A stretch of 64,000 nucleotides of DNA from positions 14,292-78,291 of the forward strand of contig CAWEHX010000002.1 in the NCBI GenBank assembly GCA_963809015.1, given 5' to 3'. The notes under the pieces were generated by a model, which made no database searches, was not told the origin of the DNA, and saw only the letters and a list, made by a program, of their open reading frames with translations. A program made the position numbers and the translations under genes. The stretch's first letter is position 1. The number at the start of each line of letters is the position of its first letter. This document shows, piece after piece, positions 9,001-18,594 of the stretch. This stretch comes from an uncultured Actinomycetota bacterium (GTDB lineage Bacteria; Actinomycetota; Actinomycetes; Propionibacteriales; Nocardioidaceae).

Positions 9001-10212
9001 ATGACCCACCGATGGACCAGGACCACCAGGATCACCGCGGCCTGTGCCGCGCTGATCCTCGTCGCCGCGTGCGGCACCGATGACGACGACGGCGGTGACG
9101 GCGGCAGCAGTGCCGCAGGCTTCACCGCCCCCGACCTGCCCCAGCTCGAGGAGCTCGGCGACCCGGAGGGCGAGGTCAACATCCTGGCCTGGCCGGGGTA
9201 CGCCGAGGACGGGTCCACCGACAAGGCCGTCGACTGGGTCACTCCGTTCGAGGAGGAGACCGGCTGCGAGACCAACGTGAAGTACTTCGCCACCTCCGAC
9301 GAGGCGGTCAACCTCGTGAAGACCGGGGAGTACGACGTGGTGTCGGCGTCCGGCGACGCCTCGCTGCGGCTGATCGCGGCGGGTGACGTGGAGCCGGTCA
9401 ACACCGACCTGATCCCCAACTACGCCGACGTCTACGACTTCCTCAAGGACCGCGACTGGAACTCCGTCGACGGCCAGCCCTACGGCGTGCCGCACGGCTA
9501 CGGCGCCAACCTGCTGATGTACCGGACCGACATCGTCGACCCGGCCCCCACCAGCTGGAGTGCGGTCTTCGAGGAGGACTCGCCGTACGCCGGCAAGATC
9601 ACGGCGTACGACTCCCCGATCTACATCGCCGACGCAGCGCTGTACCTGATGAAGCACGAGCCGGACCTCGGCATCGAGAACCCGTACTCGCTGGACGAGG
9701 ACCAGCTCGCCGCTGCGGTGGACCTGCTGAAGGTCCAGCGCGAGCAGATCTCGGAGTACTGGTCCGACTACCTCAAGGAGGTCCAGGCTTTCGGCACCGG
9801 TGACTCGGTCGTGGGCACCACCTGGCAGGTCATCGCCAACGTGGCCCAGGGCGAGGGCACGCCGGTCGAGGCGGTGCTGCCCGAAGAAGGTGCCACCGGC
9901 TGGTCGGACACGTGGATGGTCGCCGAGGCGTCCGAGCACAAGACCTGCGCCTACCTCTGGATGAACCACATCATCAGCCCGGAGGCGAACGCCGGGGTGT
10001 CCGAGTGGTTCGGTGAGGCCCCGGCCAACCCGAAGGCGTGCGACATCGCCAGCGAGGGTCACTGCGAGACGTTCAACGCCGGTGACGAGGAGTTCGCCGA
10101 GCAGATCTGGTACTGGACCACCCCGATCGAGCAGTGCCTCGACGGTCGCGATGACGTGACGTGCACGGACTACGGCGACTGGACGCAGGCCTGGACCGAG
10201 ATCAAGGGCTGA
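9001..10212 (+). CDS. Polyamine ABC substrate-binding lipoprotein (YdcS/PotD-like)
   Basis: Lipobox VAAC; ILAWPGYAE, DWVTPFEEETGC, SASGDASLRLI, EGATGWSDTWM. Confidence 0.88.
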   Translation: MTHRWTRTTRITAACAALILVAACGTDDDDGGDGGSSAAGFTAPDLPQLEELGDPEGEVNILAWPGYAEDGSTDKAVDWVTPFEEETGCETNVKYFATSDEAVNLVKTGEYDVVSASGDASLRLIAAGDVEPVNTDLIPNYADVYDFLKDRDWNSVDGQPYGVPHGYGANLLMYRTDIVDPAPTSWSAVFEEDSPYAGKITAYDSPIYIADAALYLMKHEPDLGIENPYSLDEDQLAAAVDLLKVQREQISEYWSDYLKEVQAFGTGDSVVGTTWQVIANVAQGEGTPVEAVLPEEGATGWSDTWMVAEASEHKTCAYLWMNHIISPEANAGVSEWFGEAPANPKACDIASEGHCETFNAGDEEFAEQIWYWTTPIEQCLDGRDDVTCTDYGDWTQAWTEIKG

Positions 10213-10234
10213 TCCCTCAACAAGATTGGGACAG

Positions 10235-11122
10235 ATGAGCACGACTGCCACCGAGGGCGCCCAGCACCGCGGGTCCGCCGTCCTGCACCGCCATCCGCGG
10301 CTGCGCCTGGGACTGCTGATCACCCCGCCGATGCTGTGGCTGGGGCTCGCCTACCTGGGCGCCCTCGGGGCACTGTTCATCACCGCACTGTGGGACCAGG
10401 ACGCCTTCACCGGCGAGACGATCCGGAACTGGAACCTCGACAACTTCCGGCTGCTCTGGGAGTCGGAGGTCTACCGCAAGGTTGCCTTCCGCACCCTCGG
10501 GATCGCAGTGCTGGTGACGATCGTCGACATCATCATCGCGTTCCCGATCGCGCTCTACATGGCCAAGGTCGCCTCACCGCGGATGCAGAAGATCCTGGTG
10601 ATCGCGGTGCTCACCCCACTGTGGGCGAGCTACCTGGTCAAGGCCTACGCGTGGCGGATCATGCTGTCGGAGAACGGCGTCGTCCATGACATCGGCAACG
10701 CGATCGGGATCGACACACCCGGCTACGGCCTGACGGCCGTGGTCATCACGCTGGCCTACCTGTGGCTGCCGTTCATGATCCTGCCGATCTACGCCGGCCT
10801 CGAGCGGCTGCCCGACTCGATGCTCGAGGCCTCGGCCGACCTGGGCGCCAAGACCGGGCACTCGCTACGTCGGGTGGTGCTGCCGACGGTGTTCCCGGCG
10901 ATCGTCGCCGGGTCGATCTTCACCTTCTCGCTCTCGCTCGGCGACTACATCACCGTCCGGATCGTCGGCGGTGCCAACCAGATGCTCGGGAACGTCGTCT
11001 ACGACAACGTCGGCGCGGCCAACAACCTGCCGTTCGCGGCCGCGGTCGCGACGATCCCGGTCGTGATCATGCTCTTCTACCTAGCGGCCGCCCGTCGTAC
11101 CGGCGCGCTCGACAACGTCTAG
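10235..11122 (+). CDS. Polyamine ABC permease (PotB-like)
   Basis: PLWASYLVKAYAW, EASADLGA (EAA loop). Confidence 0.9.
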   Translation: MSTTATEGAQHRGSAVLHRHPRLRLGLLITPPMLWLGLAYLGALGALFITALWDQDAFTGETIRNWNLDNFRLLWESEVYRKVAFRTLGIAVLVTIVDIIIAFPIALYMAKVASPRMQKILVIAVLTPLWASYLVKAYAWRIMLSENGVVHDIGNAIGIDTPGYGLTAVVITLAYLWLPFMILPIYAGLERLPDSMLEASADLGAKTGHSLRRVVLPTVFPAIVAGSIFTFSLSLGDYITVRIVGGANQMLGNVVYDNVGAANNLPFAAAVATIPVVIMLFYLAAARRTGALDNV

Positions 11123-11132
11123 GGGGCTTGGC

Positions 11133-11939
11133 ATGGTGATCTCACCGGGCTTCCGGATCGTCCTGCGGGTCGCGACGCTGGTCGTGCTGCTGGCGATCTA
11201 CGCGCCATTGATGCTGGTGGTGCTGAACTCCTTCAACGCCAGCCAGACGTTCGCGTGGCCGCCGACCGACCTCACGTTCGACTGGTGGCAGCGGGCCGCC
11301 GAGAGCACCGGCGTACGCGAGGCGCTGTGGACCAGCGTCCAGGTGGCGCTGCTTGCGACGGCCATCGCGCTGCTGCTCGGCACCATGGCCGCGATGGCGC
11401 TGCAGCGCTACCGCTTCTTCGGCCGCGACGCCGTCTCGCTGCTGATCATCCTGCCGATCGCGCTGCCCGGCATCGTCACGGGCATCGCACTCAACAACGC
11501 GTTCCGCACCATGTTCGGCTGGGACCTGGGGTTCCTGACGATCGTGGTGGCGCACGCGACGTTCTGCATCGTCACGGTCTTCAACAACGTGCTCGCGCGG
11601 CTGCGCCGGATGGGCATGAACCTCGAGGAGGCGTCGGCCGACCTGGGGGCTTCGGTGTTCACGACGTTCCGGCTGGTGACCTTCCCGATGATGCGGTCCG
11701 CGCTGATCGCTGGCGCGCTGCTCGCGTTCGCGCTGTCGTTCGACGAGATCATCGTGACCACGTTCACCGCCGGCGCGCAGGAGCAGACGCTGCCGATCTG
11801 GATCTTCAACAACCTGTTCCGGCCCAACCAGGGTCCGGTCGTCAACGTGGTCGCCGTGGTGCTGATCGCGGCGTCGGTGATCCCGATCTGGATCTCGCAG
11901 AAGCTCGCGGGTACGACGGACGGTCTGGCCGGGCGCTAG
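11133..11939 (+). CDS. Polyamine ABC permease (PotC-like)
   Basis: LPGIVTG, EEASADLGA, FALSFDE. Confidence 0.9.
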   Translation: MVISPGFRIVLRVATLVVLLAIYAPLMLVVLNSFNASQTFAWPPTDLTFDWWQRAAESTGVREALWTSVQVALLATAIALLLGTMAAMALQRYRFFGRDAVSLLIILPIALPGIVTGIALNNAFRTMFGWDLGFLTIVVAHATFCIVTVFNNVLARLRRMGMNLEEASADLGASVFTTFRLVTFPMMRSALIAGALLAFALSFDEIIVTTFTAGAQEQTLPIWIFNNLFRPNQGPVVNVVAVVLIAASVIPIWISQKLAGTTDGLAGR

Positions 11940-13219
11940 GCCGACAGCTCCACCGCGTCCTTCGTCGGCCGGATCGCAGCGGACAGCGCGGCAGCGACCA
12001 GGCAGAGGATCGCGGCGGTCCAGAACGCGCCGCCGTAGCTGCCGGTCGCGTCCCGGATCGCACCGGCTCCGAACGCCGCGATCGCCGCACCGATCTGGTG
12101 GAAGGCGAAGACCCAGCCGAACACGATCGCGCCGGCGTCGCCGAACACCTCCCGGCACAGCATCACCGTCGGCGGGACCGTGGCGACCCAGTCGAGGCCG
12201 TAGATCACGATGAACACCCAGATGCTCGGCTCGGGCGTCGGCCCGAGCAGCGCCGGCAGCGTCATCAGGCCGATCCCGCGCAGCAGGTAGTAGGCGAGCA
12301 GCAGCATCCGCGGGTCCCAGCGGTCGGTCAGCCATCCCGAGAGGACCGTGCCCGCGACGTCGAAGATCCCCACGACCGCGAGCAGCCCGGCGGCCGTCGT
12401 CGTCTGCATACCGTGGTCGTGCGCCGCCGGGACGAAGTGCGTGGCGATCAGCCCGTTGGTGCTCATCCCGCAGATCGCGAAGCCCGCGGCGAGCAGCCAG
12501 AACGTCGACGACCTCGAGGCGTCCCGCAGCACCTGGATCGCGCGGCCGGCGCTCGAGCCCGTCGGGACATGCGGCGGTGGGCCCGGGTCGGCCTCGGTCG
12601 CGCCGTACGCCGTCAGCCCCATGTCGGCCGGGTGGTCGCGCAGGAGCAGCAGCACCAGCGGCACGACGGCGAACGCGGTCGCTGCGGTCACCAGCGACGC
12701 GGTGCGCCAGCCGTGGTTGGTGGCGAGGGCAGCGACGATCGGCAGGAACACCAGCTGCCCGGTGGCGGAGCCGGCGGTGAGCACGCCGCTGACCAGGCCG
12801 CGCCGGGCGACGAACCAACGGCTGGTGATCGTGGCGACGAGGGCCATCGACATCGAGCCGGTGCCGACCCCGACGATGACGCCCCACAGCATCACCAGCT
12901 GCCAGGACGCGGTCATGAACACCGTGAGCCCGCTGCCCGCGGCGACCATGGTCAGCGCGATCGCGACGACCCGGCGTACGCCGAAGCGGTCCATCAGCGC
13001 GGCGGCGAACGGGGAGAACAGGCCGAACAGCACCAGGTTGATCGAGACCGCGAACCCGATGGTGCCGTGGGACCAGCCGAACTCGTCGTTGAGCGGCTCC
13101 ATCAGCACGCCCGGCACCGAGCGGAACGCGGCCGCGCCGACCAGGGTCACGAACGTGACGACCGCGACCACCCAGGCCCAGTGCAGGCGGACGTTGGCTG
13201 GCGCCTGGGTCTGGGTCAC
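11936..13219 (-). CDS. MFS transporter
   Basis: About 12 TM segments, DRFGVRR, WFVARRGL. Confidence 0.9.
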   Translation of the reverse strand: MTQTQAPANVRLHWAWVVAVVTFVTLVGAAAFRSVPGVLMEPLNDEFGWSHGTIGFAVSINLVLFGLFSPFAAALMDRFGVRRVVAIALTMVAAGSGLTVFMTASWQLVMLWGVIVGVGTGSMSMALVATITSRWFVARRGLVSGVLTAGSATGQLVFLPIVAALATNHGWRTASLVTAATAFAVVPLVLLLLRDHPADMGLTAYGATEADPGPPPHVPTGSSAGRAIQVLRDASRSSTFWLLAAGFAICGMSTNGLIATHFVPAAHDHGMQTTTAAGLLAVVGIFDVAGTVLSGWLTDRWDPRMLLLAYYLLRGIGLMTLPALLGPTPEPSIWVFIVIYGLDWVATVPPTVMLCREVFGDAGAIVFGWVFAFHQIGAAIAAFGAGAIRDATGSYGGAFWTAAILCLVAAALSAAIRPTKDAVELSA

Positions 13220-13289
13220 CGGGCCATTCTTCTGGGCGTGGTGAGCTGCGACGAGTGGCTCATTCGCCAATATGTGACAGGATCCGGCC

Positions 13290-14267
13290 ATGACCGATTC
13301 CTTGCATCGCGTGGTGGTCCTGCTGCTCGAGCCGGTGATCGGGTACGACGCCGTGATCCCGCCCCAGGTCTTCGGCCAGGCCGCCGGTCCCGACGGGCAG
13401 AAGCTCTACGAGGTGCTGCTGGCCAGCCTCGACGGGCGACCGGTCACCGCCTCGATGGGCTACGGCATCGCGCCGCACGGCGACGCCTCGCTGCTGGCCA
13501 CCGCCGACACCGTGGTGGTGCCCGGCACCCAGATCCCCGGCCCGCGCCAGGAGGGCACGATCTCGGCCGAGCTGTCCGCGGCCCTCTCTTCTATGCGACC
13601 CGATGCGCGGCTGGTCTCCATCTGCACCGGAGCGTTCGTCCTCGCCGCGGCCGGGCTGCTCGACGGCCGGCCGGCCACCACGCACTGGAAGTACGTCGAG
13701 GAGTTCGAGCGCCTCTACCCGGCTGTCGACCTCGACGAGGCGGTGCTGTTCACCGACGACGGCGACCTGCTGACCTCCGCCGGGCTGAGTGCGGGGGTCG
13801 ACCTGTGCCTGCACCTGATCCGGCGCGACCACGGGACCGAGATCGCCAACCACGTCGCGCGACACCTCGTCGTACCCCCGTGGCGGGACGGCGGCCAGGC
13901 CCAGTTCATCGAGCGCCAGCTGCCCGCGCGCCCGGAGCAGTCGACCGCCGCGGCCCGCACCTGGGCCCTGGACCGGCTGGAGGAGCCGATCCGGATCTCC
14001 GAGCTGGCCCGGGCCGCCGACATGTCGGTGCGCACCTTCACCCGGCGGTTCCGCGAGGAGACGGGGGAGTCGCCCACGGCCTGGCTGATCCGGCAGCGGG
14101 TCTGGCACGCGCAGCGGCTCCTGGAGACCACCGACCTGCCCGTCGACGCGGTCGCGGACCGTTCCGGGCTGGGTTCCGCGGCCTCACTGCGGGCACACCT
14201 GCGCACCGTCGCCGGGGTCTCGCCGACGGCGTACCGTCGCACGTTCAGGGTCGAGGAGGCCTCATGA
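13290..14267 (+). CDS. GlxA-family AraC regulator (DJ-1/PfpI domain plus HTH)
   Basis: SICTGAF, ATTHW, RDGGQAQFI, MSVRTFTRRF. Confidence 0.93.
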   Translation: MTDSLHRVVVLLLEPVIGYDAVIPPQVFGQAAGPDGQKLYEVLLASLDGRPVTASMGYGIAPHGDASLLATADTVVVPGTQIPGPRQEGTISAELSAALSSMRPDARLVSICTGAFVLAAAGLLDGRPATTHWKYVEEFERLYPAVDLDEAVLFTDDGDLLTSAGLSAGVDLCLHLIRRDHGTEIANHVARHLVVPPWRDGGQAQFIERQLPARPEQSTAAARTWALDRLEEPIRISELARAADMSVRTFTRRFREETGESPTAWLIRQRVWHAQRLLETTDLPVDAVADRSGLGSAASLRAHLRTVAGVSPTAYRRTFRVEEAS

Positions 14268-14917
14268 CGTACGCCGTACTCGGTACCGGAGCGGCCGGCC
14301 GGACCATCGCGGCCGGGCTGGCGAAGCACGGCCACACGGTGGTCATCGGCACCCGCGACGTCGAGGCCACGCAGGCCCGGCCCGAGTTCGCCGAGTGGTC
14401 CGCGGCGCACGCCGACGTGGAGGTGGCGACGTTCGCCGACGCCGTGGCCGATGCCGAGCTCGTCCTCAACGCCACCAACGGAGCCGCCGCGATCGACGTC
14501 CTGACCCAGGCCGGCGCCGACGGCCTCGCCGGCAAGGTGATGGTCGACGTCTCCAACCCGCTCGACTTCTCGCAGGGCTTCCCGCCGAGCCTGTTCGTCA
14601 AGGACACCGACTCGCTCGCCGAGCAGATCCAGCGCGCGTTCCCGGCGGTCCGCGTCGTGAAGGCGCTGAACACCATGAACGCCGAGCTCATGGTGGAGCC
14701 CGGACTGCTCCCCGACCCGGGCAGCGTGTTCGTCTCGGGCGACGATGCCGATGCGAAGTCCACCGCCACCGCGCTCCTGGTCGAGCTAGGTCACACCGAC
14801 GTCATCGACCTCGGCGACCTCTCCACCGCGCGTGGCGCCGAGATGATGCTGCCGGTCTGGGTCCGGCTGATGCAGACCCTCGGGACCGCGCGGTTCAACT
14901 TCAAGATCGTCCGCTAG
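14264..14917 (+). CDS. NADP oxidoreductase (F420-dependent NADP reductase-like)
   Basis: VLGTGAAG Rossmann motif, DVSNP, VVKALNT; ATGA overlap. Confidence 0.85.
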   Translation: MTYAVLGTGAAGRTIAAGLAKHGHTVVIGTRDVEATQARPEFAEWSAAHADVEVATFADAVADAELVLNATNGAAAIDVLTQAGADGLAGKVMVDVSNPLDFSQGFPPSLFVKDTDSLAEQIQRAFPAVRVVKALNTMNAELMVEPGLLPDPGSVFVSGDDADAKSTATALLVELGHTDVIDLGDLSTARGAEMMLPVWVRLMQTLGTARFNFKIVR

Positions 14918-15877
14918 CCGTCGCTGTTCGCGTCGGCGCTCCCAGGCCGTCCAGCCGATCATCACGAGCGCGACGCACAGGCCGCCGGCGATGATGTCGA
15001 CGACGTAGTGCTCGGCGTAGTAGACGAGCATGAACGACATCGCGACCGGGTAGAGCACCATCAGCCAGCGCCAGGGGCTGGTCAGCCGGGAGATCAGGTA
15101 GCAGGCCACCAGGATCGAGATGCCGGCGTGCAGCGAGGGCATCGCGGCCACCTGGTTGCCGACCGCCGAGAAGCTGTCGTGCGCGCTGCTGCTTCCAGTG
15201 CTGGCGCTGGTGCCGCTGGGGCCGCGGCCGAGCTCCCACCAGCCCCGGCCGGTGATCCGGGAGATGTCCTCGGTGAGGTAGCCGTCCCGTGAGGCCATCC
15301 AGGGCGGCGCCATCGGGTAGAGGATGTAGATGACGAGCGCGACGAAGTTGAGGGAGACGTAGCGCCGCATGTAGCGGATCCACTCCGGCCGGTTGCGCAC
15401 CCACAGGTAGACCGCGATCGACAGGCCGGCGAAGAAGTGCGAGTAGTAGACGGTCGTCAGCAGCACGTCGTACCAGGCCGGCGAGGTGGCGCGGATGCAC
15501 GGGTCACCGCACAGCTGCGCCTGCAGCCACTCGGTCGGCAGCGTGCCGCCGAACAGCCAGCGGTCGGCGTCGATGGGCTCGGTGACGTGGACCCGGACGA
15601 AGTCGAGGTCGTCGGAGATGCCTCGGCTGTAGAGGTAGACGATCAGCAGCGCGAGCGGCAGGGACCAGTCGCGCAGGAAGGCGAGGTGCTCGCGGACCGG
15701 CTTGCGGACGTCCCACGCGATGGTGAGCAGCCACAGCCAGAGGATGGCCATGTAGGACTGCTTGGGGATGCCGATGAAGCCGATGTACGCCGCGAGCGCG
15801 GCGACGTAGACACCGAGCGAGATCAGGCGCACCTGCAACGCTGACATGCGGGCGGGAGCCTCCACAGTCTCGGTCAC
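14786..15877 (-). CDS. PAP2/inositol phosphorylceramide synthase-like membrane protein
   Basis: YPMAPPW, AAMPSLH, EHYVVD; GGAGG before GTG. Confidence 0.85.
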   Translation of the reverse strand: MTETVEAPARMSALQVRLISLGVYVAALAAYIGFIGIPKQSYMAILWLWLLTIAWDVRKPVREHLAFLRDWSLPLALLIVYLYSRGISDDLDFVRVHVTEPIDADRWLFGGTLPTEWLQAQLCGDPCIRATSPAWYDVLLTTVYYSHFFAGLSIAVYLWVRNRPEWIRYMRRYVSLNFVALVIYILYPMAPPWMASRDGYLTEDISRITGRGWWELGRGPSGTSASTGSSSAHDSFSAVGNQVAAMPSLHAGISILVACYLISRLTSPWRWLMVLYPVAMSFMLVYYAEHYVVDIIAGGLCVALVMIGWTAWERRREQRRLADDLEVEPRGPEGLHQPDPDRQHHLGATRGGEVAEVDDVGVT

Positions 15878-15907
15878 GTGCACCTCCGCGCGGCAGGTTA
15901 ATCCAGA

Positions 15908-15946
15908 GTGGTCCGGATCGCCCTCGATTATGACGACCCGGACCAC
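15908..15946. terminator. Imperfect hairpin downstream of the DHFR-like gene
   Basis: GTGGTCCGGATCG...CGACCCGGACCAC. Confidence 0.4.
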
Positions 15947-15958
15947 GCTGACTCGTGA

Positions 15959-16504
15959 CTAGGCCGGTCCGTAGCTCAGGTGGACGACGCCGTTGTCGTA
16001 GACGTCGGTGTTCTTGAGCGCCAGCTTGGTCGGGTCCACGCCGTCCTTCCAGAACTTCTCGCCCTCGCCGAGAGCGATGGGGTAGACGAACAGGTGCAGG
16101 TCGTCGACGAGGCCCTCCTGGAGCAGCGCTCGGACCAGCTGGCCGCTGCCCGAGATGTAGATGACGCCCTCGCGCTCCTCCTTGAGCTTGCGGATCGCGG
16201 CGGGGTCGTAGCCGCCGAGCGGGGTGGTGTTGCTCCACTCCTCTGACAGCTCCGTCGCGCCGACCACGAACTTCTCGTTGTCGTTGAAGTACGGCGCGCC
16301 CGGGTCGTCCTCGGCCGTGCGGTCCCGCCAGGCGGGGGCGAACATCTCGTACGTCGTGTGGCCGAGCAGGATGGTGTTCGAGGCGCCGGTGATCGCGCCG
16401 AGGGTCTCGCCCATCTTCGGGTCGAAGCCGTACTCGAACGTCCAGGTGGGGCTCTCGAAGACGCCGTCGAGAGAGATGAACTCGTGTACTGCGATGGTGG
16501 CCAT
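15959..16504 (-). CDS. Dihydrofolate reductase/RibD C-terminal family protein
   Basis: FISLDGVFE, LLGHTTY, ISGSGQL, FVYPIALGEG. Confidence 0.9.
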   Translation of the reverse strand: MATIAVHEFISLDGVFESPTWTFEYGFDPKMGETLGAITGASNTILLGHTTYEMFAPAWRDRTAEDDPGAPYFNDNEKFVVGATELSEEWSNTTPLGGYDPAAIRKLKEEREGVIYISGSGQLVRALLQEGLVDDLHLFVYPIALGEGEKFWKDGVDPTKLALKNTDVYDNGVVHLSYGPA

Positions 16505-16543
16505 GGTGGTGCCTTTCGTCTGGGGTCGGGGTGCTTCCTACCC

Positions 16544-16573
16544 CTCCACGAACGCGATCACGCCGATACGACA
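16544..16573 (-). promoter_or_regulatory. Putative ECF42-dependent promoter
   Basis: TGTCGTATC-N11-GTTCGTGGAG, with boxes and spacing identical to 58832-58861. Confidence 0.7.
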
Positions 16574-16601
16574 CCTTGCCGAAAGAAACTTTCGCGACGG
16601 C

Positions 16602-17399
16602 TCAAACGGCGCTCTTGAGCATCCCTCCGCCGATGACGTGGTCGGCGCCGGTGATGTAGCTCGACCGGGGCGAGCAGAGGAACAGCACCAGGTCGGCGAT
16701 CTCCTCGGGCTCGGCCACCCGGCCCAGCGAGATCGCCATGGACGTCGGCAGCATCTCGTCCATCACCTGCTCGGCGCTGATCCCGGCCTGCTCCCCGAGG
16801 ATGTGCGCGAACCCGCCGGCGTCGGTCCACAGCGGCGTGCGCACCGGACCGGGCGAGACGGAGTTGACCCGGACGCCCTGCGGCGCGAGCTCCTCGGAGA
16901 GCGCCTTGCTGAAGTTGACCAGCGCCGCCTTCGCCGCGCTGTAGGGCGCGATCATCCCCTGCGGCAGCCGGGCGTTGAGCGAGGCGATGTTCACGACCGC
17001 CGCCTCCCGGCCCGCGGCCAGGAGCGGCGCCGCGGCCCGGACCGTGCGGACGACACCGAAGAAGTTGATCTCGAACAGCCGCTGCCACTGCTGGTCCGTG
17101 AAGTCCAGGCTCGAGGCGGCCGGCTCGCTGGCCCCGACGTTGTTCACCAGCACGTCGAGCGAGCCGTACGCCGCGGCCACGGCCGCCACCAGGCGCTCCG
17201 GTCCGCGCGGCTCGGCGAGGTCCACGGCGAAGTGCTCGACGTCGTACTCGTTCATGAGCTCCTTGAGCTCGGGGGTCGTCCCGCGGGCGCCGACGGCGAC
17301 CCGTGCGCCCTCCTTCGCCAGTGACGTGGCGACTGCCAGGCCGATGCCCTTGCTGCCGCCGGTGACCAGTGCTGTCTTGTTCGCGAGATTCAGATCCAT
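16602..17399 (-). CDS. SDR family oxidoreductase
   Basis: TGGSKGIG, NNVG, YSAAK. Confidence 0.93.
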   Translation of the reverse strand: MDLNLANKTALVTGGSKGIGLAVATSLAKEGARVAVGARGTTPELKELMNEYDVEHFAVDLAEPRGPERLVAAVAAAYGSLDVLVNNVGASEPAASSLDFTDQQWQRLFEINFFGVVRTVRAAAPLLAAGREAAVVNIASLNARLPQGMIAPYSAAKAALVNFSKALSEELAPQGVRVNSVSPGPVRTPLWTDAGGFAHILGEQAGISAEQVMDEMLPTSMAISLGRVAEPEEIADLVLFLCSPRSSYITGADHVIGGGMLKSAV

Positions 17400-17459
17400 G
17401 TCTCCACAGTCGCTCGGATCAGGCACCGTTGCTGGCGGCATTCGGACCTGTCCTTGGCG

Positions 17460-17486
17460 GGAACTTTCGGCCGACGGGGTGCGTTG
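17460..17486 (+). promoter_or_regulatory. SigH/SigR-type promoter
   Basis: GGAAC-N18-GTTG just upstream of GTG 17494. Confidence 0.65.
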
Positions 17487-17493
17487 GCCCCCC

Positions 17494-18111
17494 GTGCCTT
17501 CTCCTCTGACTGAACAGGTCGACCGACTCATCGCCCTCGGTGTCCCCGCGCTCGCCGGGCTCGACGCCGATGCCTTCCGCGAGCTCGCTGCCGGGCTCCC
17601 CGACGGAGTCCTGGTGGTGCACCCCGACCTGGTGCCGGCCAGCCGGCTGGCACCGCTGCTCGAGCTGGACAACAAGCCGGGATTCGTGGTCGTCGACATG
17701 CCCGACCTCGACGAGTTCGCGCCCCGCGCCGATCTCGACGTACCCGCTGCTCCGCTGTACGTCGTCTGCGCCATCGACCGCGGCGACGACATGCTCAACT
17801 GGAGCCCGGACGAAGCGCTGCCCGCGATCGAGGGTCGGGGCCGCACGCCGCTGACGATCAGCGAGGGGATCTGCTGGCTGCTCCAGGAGCCGGAGCGCCT
17901 GGAGCGGAACCGCTGCTTCATGACGATCGCCTCGCGCAAGCCCAAGCCGCGCGGGCTCGACGCGCGCACCCCTGCCATCTGGATCAGCGGCGGGACCGGA
18001 CGCGACGGCCGCGAGCGGAAGGGTGCGCCCAAGGTCGGTTGGTGCTGGGCCGGCAACCGCCACACCTGGCTCGGCTTCGCATCGGCTGCGGAGCGGCGCG
18101 CCGCCGCATAG
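17494..18111 (+). CDS. DUF5701-like protein of unknown function
   Basis: GRTPLTISEGI, PAIWIS, APKVGWCWAGNRHTWLGFAS; family name recalled from memory. Confidence 0.75.
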   Translation: MPSPLTEQVDRLIALGVPALAGLDADAFRELAAGLPDGVLVVHPDLVPASRLAPLLELDNKPGFVVVDMPDLDEFAPRADLDVPAAPLYVVCAIDRGDDMLNWSPDEALPAIEGRGRTPLTISEGICWLLQEPERLERNRCFMTIASRKPKPRGLDARTPAIWISGGTGRDGRERKGAPKVGWCWAGNRHTWLGFASAAERRAAA

Positions 18112-18120
18112 CCTCGACCG

Positions 18121-18594
18121 GTGGGTATGGAGGCGTCGCCGACCGAGGTGCGGATCGAGCACTCGGTGGCGGACCAGCGAGCGTTGGCTCGTGGGTTCAC
18201 CGTCCTCTATGCGCTGATCGCGGCCGGCGGGCTGGTGGCCGTGCTGTTCAAGCCGGAGCTGTTGCTGGGGGCGGTGTTCTTCGCCGGGTTCGTGGCGTGG
18301 TGGGCGTGGCGGATCCGGCGTGCGCAGTCGCACGAACCGTGGCTCGTGGTGCTGACGCCCGCCGAGCTGCGGCACTCGGCTGCCGGTGTCGACATACGGA
18401 TCTCGCGGGCGGAGGCGGTCGAGGTCGTCCTCGAGAAGCGGGCCGGCCCGCGGATGCAGCTGTACGTGCTCAAGGTGCGCGGTGCCGGCGGAGAGAAGCT
18501 CCTGACCGTGAGCCTGCCCGGGAGGAACGAGTCGACGATGCTCGAGGCGGCCTTCGAGGAGTGGGGCTGGCCGCTCAGGGGCGCCAGGGGCTGA
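18121..18594 (+). CDS. Hypothetical membrane protein (2 TM plus PH-like tail)
   Basis: Two hydrophobic helices; coding-like codon usage; alternative start at 18127. Confidence 0.7.
   Translation: MGMEASPTEVRIEHSVADQRALARGFTVLYALIAAGGLVAVLFKPELLLGAVFFAGFVAWWAWRIRRAQSHEPWLVVLTPAELRHSAAGVDIRISRAEAVEVVLEKRAGPRMQLYVLKVRGAGGEKLLTVSLPGRNESTMLEAAFEEWGWPLRGARG

Noticed and set aside
11255-14263. 1220-aa ORF 11255..14917
   Set aside because: Shadow frame caused by high GC; only the last 217 codons (from 14264) look like a real protein
14786-14917. 132-nt convergent overlap as functional dual coding
   Set aside because: The PAP2 tail looks like simple read-through; short convergent overlaps are common throughout this window
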